DNA of 64,000 bases, taken from the human T2T-CHM13v2.0 reference genome, Homo sapiens. Within the stretch, counting starts at the first letter, position 1. Each line of letters starts with the position of its first letter. The translations under genes were made by a program, and so were the position numbers. Location: NCBI RefSeq assembly GCF_009914755.1, contig NC_060928.1; one strand, 5' to 3'. This document shows positions 47,265-64,000 of the stretch, piece by piece. The notes beneath the pieces were generated by a model, which searched no databases, was not told the DNA's origin, and saw only the letters and a list, made by a program, of their open reading frames with translations.

Positions 47265-49662
47265 AACAAAAATCACATGATCATCTCAATAGAAAAAGCA
47301 TTAGACAAAATTCAGCTTCCCTTTATGATTAAAACTCTCAGCAAAATTGGCATACAGGTGACATTCCTTCATGTAATAAAAGCCATCTATGACAAACTCA
47401 CAGCCAACATAATATGGAATGCGGAAAAATTGAAAGCATTCCCTCTGAGAACTGGAGCAAGACAAAGATGCCCACTCTCACTACTTCTCTTCAGCGTAGC
47501 ACTGGAAGTCCTAGCCAGAACTATCAGACAAGAGAAAGAAATAAAAGGCATACAAATTAGTAAAGAGAAAGTCAAACTCTCACTGCTGATGATATGATTG
47601 TTTATCTTGAAAACCTTAAAGACTTCTCCAGAAAGTTCCTAGAACTGATGAAAGAATTCAGCAATGTTTTCTGATACAAGATTAATGTACGCAAATCAGT
47701 AGGTCTTCTATGCACCAACAGCAACCAAGCTGAGAATGAAATCAAGAACTCAACCCCTTTTACAATAGCTGAAAAAAAAACACCAAACCAAAACAAACAA
47801 ACAAACAAAAAAACTTAGGAATATACATAACCAAGGAATCAAAAGACTTCTACAAGGAAAACTACAAAACACTGCTGAAAGAAAGGTGACACAAACAAAT
47901 GGAAACACATTCCACGCTCAAGAATGGGTAGAATCAATATTGTGAAAATGACCATACTGACAAAAACAATCTACAAATTCAATGCAATCTCCATCAAAAT
48001 ACCACCATCATTCTTCACAAAATTAGAAAAAACAATTCTGAAATCCATATGGAACCAAAAAAGAGCCCGCATAGCCAAAGCAAGACTAAGCAAAAAGAAC
48101 AAACCTGGCGGTATCACACTACCTCATTTCAAACTGTACTATAAGGCCGTAGTCACCAAACCGTATGGTACTGGTATAAAAATAGCACATAGACCAATGG
48201 AACAGAACAGAGAACCCAGAAATAATCCTAAATACCTGCAGCCAACTGATTTTCGACAAAGCAAACAAAAACATAAAGTGGGGAAATGACAACCTTTTCA
48301 ACAAATGGTGCTGGGATAATTGGCAAACCACATGTAGGAGAATGAAACTGGATCTTCATCTCTTACCTTATACAAAAATCAACTCAAGATGGATTAAAGA
48401 CTTAAACCTAAGACCTGAAACTATAAAAATTCTAGAAAATAACATTGGAAAAACCGTCCTAGACATTGGCTTAGACAAGGATTTCGTGACCAGGAACCCA
48501 AAAGCAAATGCAATAAAAGCAAAGATAAATAGCTGGGTCCTAGTTAAACTAAAGAGCTTTTGCATGGCTGAAGGAACAGTCAGCAGAGTAAACAGACCAC
48601 CCGCAGAGTGGGAGAAAATCTTCACAATCTATACATCTGACAAGGGAATATATTCAGAATCTACAAAGAACTCAAACAAATCGGTAAGAAAAAACAACCT
48701 CATCAAAAAGTGGACTAAGGACATAAATAGACAGTTCTCAAAAGAAGATATACAAATGGGCAACAAATATATGAAAAAATACTCAACATCACTAATGGTC
48801 AGGGAAATGCAAATGAAAACCACAATGAGATACCATGTTACTCCTGCAAGAATGGCTATTATCAAAAAATCAAAAAACGGTAGATGTTGGCGTGGATGTG
48901 GTAATCAGGGAACACTTCTACATTGCTGGTACAGCCAGCAGTGTACTGTACACTAGTACAGCCACTATGGAAACAAGTGTGCAGATTCCTTAAAGAACTA
49001 AAAGTAGGACTACCATTTGATAGTTGCATTAAATCAGCATTTGATCCAGCAATCCCACTACTGGATATCTACCCAGAAGAAAAGAAGTCATTATTTGAAA
49101 AAGATACTTGCACATGCATGTTCAGAGCAGCACAATTCACAATTGCAAAAACGTGGAACCAACCCGAACGCCCATCAATCAATGAGTGGATAAAGAAACT
49201 GTGGTATATATATACGATGGAATACTACTCAGCCATAAAAAGGAATGAATTAACAGCATTTGCCATGACCTGGATGAGATTGGACACTATCATTCTAAGT
49301 GAAGTAACTCAGGAATGGAAAACCAAACATCGTATGTTCTCACTGACATGTGGGAGCTAAGTTATAAGAATGCAAAGCATAAGAATGATCCAGGGTGAGG
49401 AGCCAAGATGGCCGAATAGGAACAGCTCTGGTCTACAGCTCCCAGCATGAGTGATGCAGAATATGGGTGATTTCTGCATATCCAACTGAGGTACCGGGTT
49501 CATCTCACTAGGGAGTGCCAGACAGTGGGCGCAGGACAGTGGGTGCAGTGCACCGTGCGCCAGCCAAAGCAGGGCGAGGCATTGCCTCACTCAGGAAGTG
49601 CAAGGGATCAGGGAGTTCCCTTTCCTGGTCAAGGAAAGGGGTGACAGACGGCACCTGGAAAA

Positions 49663-49845
49663 TCAGGCCACTCCCACGTGAATACTGTGCTTTTCCGATG
49701 GGCTTAGGAAACGGTGCACCAGGAGATTATATCCCGCAACTGGCTTGGAGGGTCCTATGCCCACGGAGTCTCGCTGATTGCTAGCACAGCAGTCTGAGAT
49801 CAAACTGCAAGGTGGCAGTGAGGCTGGAGGAGGGGCGCCCGCCAT
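49663..49845 (-). pseudogene. L1 ORF0 truncated at 60 aa
   Basis: MAGAPPPASLPPCSLISDCCASNQRDSVG...GVA followed by TGA where the recalled 71-aa ORF0 continues with Arg. Confidence 0.8.
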
Positions 49846-50427
49846 TGCCCAGGCTCGCTTAGGTAAACAAAGCAGCCAGGAAGCTGGAACTGGGTGAAGC
49901 CCACCACAGCTCAAGGAGGCCTGCCTGCCTCTGTAGGCTCCACCTCTGGGGGCAGGGCACAGACAAACAAAAAGACAGCAGTAACCTCTGTAGACTTAAA
50001 TGTCCCGTCTGACAGCTTTGAGGAGAGCAGTGGTTCTCCCAGCACACAGCTGGAGATCTGAGAACAGGCAGACTGCCTCCTCAAGTGGGTCCCTGACCCC
50101 TGACCCCCGAGCAGCCTAACTGGGAGGCACCCCCCAGTAGGGGCAGACTGACATCTCACACGGCCAGGTACTCCTCTGAGACAAAACTTCCAGAGGAACG
50201 ATCAGACAGCAGCATTCGCAGATCACGAAAATCCGTGGTTCTGCAGACACCGCTGCTGATACCCAGGCAAACAGGGTCTGGAGTGGACCTCTAGCAAACT
50301 CCAACAGACCTGCAGCTGAGGGTCCTGTCTGTTAGAAGGAAAACTAACAAACAGAAAGGCCATCCATACTAAAAACCCATCTGTACATCACCATCATCAA
50401 AGACCAAAAGTAGATAAAACCACAAAG

Positions 50428-51444
50428 ATGGGGAAAAAACAGAGCAGAAAAACTGGAAACTCTAAAAAACAGAGTGCCTCTCCTCCTCCAAAGGAACGCA
50501 GTTCCTCACCAGCAACAGAACAAAGCTGGACGGAGAATGACTTTGACGAGTTGAGAGAAGAAGGCTTCAGACGATCAAACTACTCCGAGCTACAGGAGGA
50601 AATTCAAACCAAAGGCAAAGAAGTTGAAAACTTTGAAAAAAATATAGACGAATGTATAACTAGAATAACCAATACAGAGAAGTGCTTAAAGGAGCTGATG
50701 GAGCTGAAAGCCAAGGCTTGAGAACTACATGAAGAATGCAGAAGCCTCAGGAGCCGATGCGATCAACTGGAAGAAAGGGTATCAGTGATGGAAGACGAAA
50801 TGAATGAAATGAAGTGAGAAGGGAAGTTTAGAGAGAAAAGAATAAAAAGAAACGAACAAAGCCTCCAAGAAATATGGGACTATGTGAAAAGACCAAATCT
50901 GCGTCTGATTGGTGTACCTGAAAGTGACAGGGAGAATGGAACCAAGTTCGAAAACACTCTGCAGAATATTATCCAGGAGAACTTCCCCAATCTAGCAAGG
51001 CAGGCCAACATTCAGATTCAGGAAATACAGAGAATGCCACAAAGATACTCCTCGAGAAGAGCAACTCCAAGACACATAATTGTCAGATTCACCAAAGTTG
51101 AAATGAAGGAAAAAATGTTAAGGGCAGCCAGAGAGAAAGGTCGGGTTACCCACAAAGGGAAGCCCATCAGACTAACAGTGGATCTCTCGGCAGAAACTCT
51201 ACAAGCCAGAAGAGAGTGGGGGCCAATATTCAACATTCTTAAAGAAAAGAATTTTCAACCCAGAATTTCATATCCTGCCAAACTAAGCTTCATAAGTGAA
51301 GGAGAAATAAAATACTTTACAGACAAGCAAATGCTGAGAGATTTTGTCACCACCAGGCCTGCCCTAAAAGAGCTCCTGAAGGAAGCACTAAACATGGAAA
51401 GGCACAACTGGTACCAGCCGCTGCAAAATCATGCCAAAATGTAA
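50428..51444 (+). pseudogene. L1PA3 ORF1p, disrupted
   Basis: MGKKQSRKTGNSK...QPLQNHAKM; in-frame TGA at 50719-50721 and near 50815. Confidence 0.95.
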
Positions 51445-51507
51445 AGACCATTGAGACTAGGAAGAAACTGCATCAACTAACGAGCAAAATAACCAGCTAA
51501 CATCGTA

Positions 51508-55330
<3,823 letters not shown>

Positions 55331-55764
55331 ACAATGAGAACACATGGACACAGGAAGGGGAACATCACACTCTGGGGACTGTTGTGGGGTGGGGGGAGGG
55401 GGGAGGGATAGCATTCGGAGATATACCTAATGCTAAATGACGAGTTAATGGGTGCAGCACACCAGCATGGCACATGTATACATATGTAACTAACCTGCAC
55501 ATTGTGCACATGTATCCTAAAACTTAAGGTATAATAACAAAAAAATGATCCAATGGACTTAGGGTACTTGGGTGGAAGAGTAGGATGGGGACGAGGGATA
55601 AAAGACTACAAATATGGTGCAGTGTATACAGCTCACAAATCTCTGCTAAAGAACTTACTCATGTAACCAAATATCACCTGTACCCCAATAACTTATGGAA
55701 AAAAAAAAGAAATAAATTACATTTAAAAAGGTGATGCTTCAATGTTTACTTTTTAAGTATCTTG

Positions 55765-56780
55765 TTTTTAAAAATAGACTTCATTTTTTAGGGCAGTTTT
55801 AGATTCACAGCAAAATTGGACAGAGGTATAGAGATTTCCCATATCTCCCTCCTCTCACATTCATACAGCCTTCCCCACTATCAAAATCCTGCACCAGAGT
55901 GGTACATTTGTTAATTAATGAATTTACACTGACACACTGTACACATTATTGTATTAGGGTAATTGTGTCTCCATAGAATGAATTAGGAAGTACTTGCTCG
56001 ACTTCTATTTTCTGAAAGAGATTGTAGAAAATTGGTTTAATTTCTTCCTTAAATGTTTGGTAGAATTCACCAGTTAAATCTATCTGGCCCTAGTGATTTC
56101 TGTTTTGAAGGCTATTAATTACTGATTCAATTTCTTTAATATAGTGCTGTTCAAATTATGTATCTCTTCTTGTGTGACCTGTGGTAGATTGTGTTTTTTA
56201 AGGAATTGGTTCATTTCATCTAGGTTACCAAATTTCTGAGCAAAGAGTTGTTTAAAATGTTCTTTTATTTTCTTTTTAATGTTCACGCCATCTGTAGCGA
56301 TGTCCCCTCTTATTTCTCATGTTAGTAATATGTGTCTTTTCTCTGTTTTTCTTAGCCTGTCTAGAGGTCATTAATTTATTGCTCTTTTCAAATATCTAGC
56401 TTTTGGTTTCATTTATTTCTGTATTTCCTTTTGTAAGTTTCATTGATTTCTGCTTTAATTTTTTTGTTTCCTTTTTTTTTGTGCTTACTTGTGATTTAAT
56501 ATGCTCTTCCCTGCTCCCAACACCCCTGTTTCCTAAGGTAGAAGTTTAGACGATCAATTTTAGTCTTTGTTTTTTCTAATATATGCATTCAGTGCTATAA
56601 ATTTTCTCTAAGCACTGTTTTTACTGTATCCCACAAATTTTGTTGTGTTTTCATCTTTATTGAGTTCAAAATATTTTAAAAATTTTCCTGAGATTTATTT
56701 TTGCTCTGTGTATTATTTAGAAATGTGTTGTTTAATCTCCAAGTATTTTGAGATTTTCCAGCTATCTTTCTGTTGAATGT
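55765..56780 (-). mobile_element. L1MC-like 3' end joined to an L1M ORF2 linker fragment
   Basis: ttttagattcacagcaaaattg...ccagagtggtacatttgtta (3'UTR), followed directly by tggtagaattcaccag (ORF2 GEFYQ region). Confidence 0.75.
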
Positions 56781-57024
56781 TTATTTTAGTCTAAGATACA
56801 ATCAACCTGAGTTCTTTTCTCTACTTTTCCCATATATCTTTGTGTGGGGAGCAAGATGTTGTCATAAATTTTCTCAGCTAACTTCTGGATGAATCAATTT
56901 GAATTGCTAATGTGTAACTCATAGTTAGTAAGCTTCAATCACCTTATTTTCTTCTGCCTTAAACAGCTCTACCTTTATTGTGCTCAGCATAACTGTTTTT
57001 TAAAGAGGGCTATTTCCTTTTTAA

Positions 57025-61434
<4,410 letters not shown>

Positions 61435-61548
61435 CCTTAATGGAAATTCTGCAGCCCCTTCTCCAAGTCAGAAACCTAGAGGCCCTCCTAAATTTTTCTC
61501 AGTGCCTGAGCTGCACTTATGTAACTGGTAACCAAACTTATCAATTAA

Positions 61549-62317
<769 letters not shown>

Positions 62318-62467
62318 CATAATATAATGTCGATTATATTATCAGAAAAATAATTTTAACATTAGTATAACAGTACCTCTTTACATATATAACATATATA
62401 TAACATATATATTGTATATATCAAACATAACATATATATATTCGTTCTGTTTAACAGTCTTTAGTAA

Positions 62468-63190
62468 TGCAAAACAGACAAACACAAATGTTGGCAAGGA
62501 TGTGGAGAAAAGAGAACCCTCTTTCTCTCTTGATGGGAATGTAAATTAGTACAACCACTATGGAGAACAGTTTGGAGTTTCCTCGAAAAACTAAAAATAG
62601 AACTACCGTATGATCCAGGAATCCCACTGCTAGGTATATACCCCAAAGAAAGGAAATCAGTATATCAAAAAGATATTTGCATTCCCATGTTTATTGCAGC
62701 ACTATTCACAATAAGCAAGATTTGGATGCAACATCATTGTCTATCAACAGATGAATAGATAAAGAAAATGTGGTATATGTACACAATGGAGCACTATTCA
62801 GCCATAAAAAAGAATGAGATCCTGTCACGTGCAGTAACATGGATGGAACTAGAGGTCATTATGGCATGTGAAATACACTAGACACAGAAAGACAAACTTC
62901 ACATGTTTTCATTTATCTGTGGGAGATAAAACATAAAACAATTGAATTCATGGAGATAGAGAGTAGAATGATAGTTATCAGCAGGTGGGATGGGTCATGG
63001 ATAAGGGGGAAGTGGTGATGGTTAATGCATACAAAAATATAGTTAGAATGAGTCAGATCTAGTATTTGATAACACAACTGGGTGACTACTGTCAACGTAA
63101 CTTATTATACATTAAAAGTAACTAAAAGAGTATAATTGGATTGTTTGTAACAAAAAGAAAAAATAAATGCTTGAGGTGATGGATTAAAAA
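62468..63190 (+). mobile_element. L1MA (MA2/MA3-like) 3' fragment
   Basis: aaagaaaggaaatcagtatatc and aagagtataattggattgtttgtaac are typical L1MA 3' text. Confidence 0.88.
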
Positions 63191-63199
63191 AAAGTTCTA

Positions 63200-63630
63200 A
63201 GTAGCTTAAAGTTCTTCCTAATGCCTAGAGGATGGGTGCAGACCCCTTAACAGTGCATACTTCACCCTTTTAAATCTTCTCCTTTAAACTCTGACTCTTG
63301 CTTTCATTCCCAGAAATTTGGTTACCATCCTGTAGGCAAAGAGTGAGCATACTTTTGCATGCTCCTCAAGGTCTCCTTGCTGTGAAGTCTTCGAAGGTTC
63401 CTTTCCTTCTCTTTGTCAATTTACTTGCCCCTCTCTTGTTTGTCCCCAGCTCCTTACTTACAAATCTTTCAGGGTTTCTCATATTTTGTTTCAGGTAGCT
63501 GTTTATATGCATGATCTCCTGCTGTGAGCACCTTAAAGATAAGAACTGTGTTTTATTCATCTTTGCTTCCCTTAGCTAAGAGTCTTGCAGGTAATAGGTG
63601 CTCAGCAAATGTTTGTTGAATGAACATTGA
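63200..63630 (+). mobile_element. L2 3' end
   Basis: Ends taggtgctcagcaaatgtttgttgaatgaa, the canonical L2 terminus. Confidence 0.75.
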
Positions 63631-64000
63631 ATGTGGAAAAGCCATATACTAATGTGGCGAAGGCATCATTGTGGCTTCATTAAACCTGAACCATGCAGAC
63701 CAAAGGAATTTTGTCTGGGGAGAGTGGCAAGGATTAGTGGAGATTCTTGAGAATGGAATGGAAATAAGCTAAAGAGGAGTTCTGGTCTCACCCAGGTCTC
63801 TGGAGACACATAGTTGATGCCTTAAGATTAGTAAGGTTTAAAACTTGAGTCTTATGAATCTTTATTTTATTTCTCAGGGATTTCCCCCAAGCTACAAACA
63901 TTGAGATTTTGTTAGGCAGGTCCTTATTCCAAAAAAGAATACCAATTTGTGTTTTAATGGTTTGGAATTGTGGTCCCTCTTTACTTTATTTCAGTAATTT

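Overview
This is primate nuclear DNA, most likely human or another great ape, given an SVA_B-like element, AluY and L1PA3. It is AT-rich and dominated by interspersed repeats. I recognise no host protein-coding exon, tRNA, rRNA or CRISPR array; the long ORFs in the track are L1, SVA-VNTR, MaLR or Alu read-through. Main structures: an SVA with a 14-bp TSD (12311-13781); a two-LTR MSTA provirus (16239-18690); an ERVL gag relic with nested MER2B and THE1D; a 19-kb nest in which a full-length L1PB hosts two Alus, an L1PA7 and an L1PA3, all L1s on the + strand (36497-55715); and a twin-primed, 5'-inverted L1PA16-like element with a later templated inverted insertion (57025-61461). I found no convincing new functional system. 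The best leads are a possible fossil 5' half of a non-L1 LINE (gag-like knuckles plus APE motifs, minus strand, about 19330-20620), an open ORF0-like frame in the L1PA7, the templated rearrangement near 61 kb, and an unexplained CpG-retaining island near 26.4 kb. Subfamily names come from my memory of consensus sequences, not from a search, and boundaries of old repeats are approximate.
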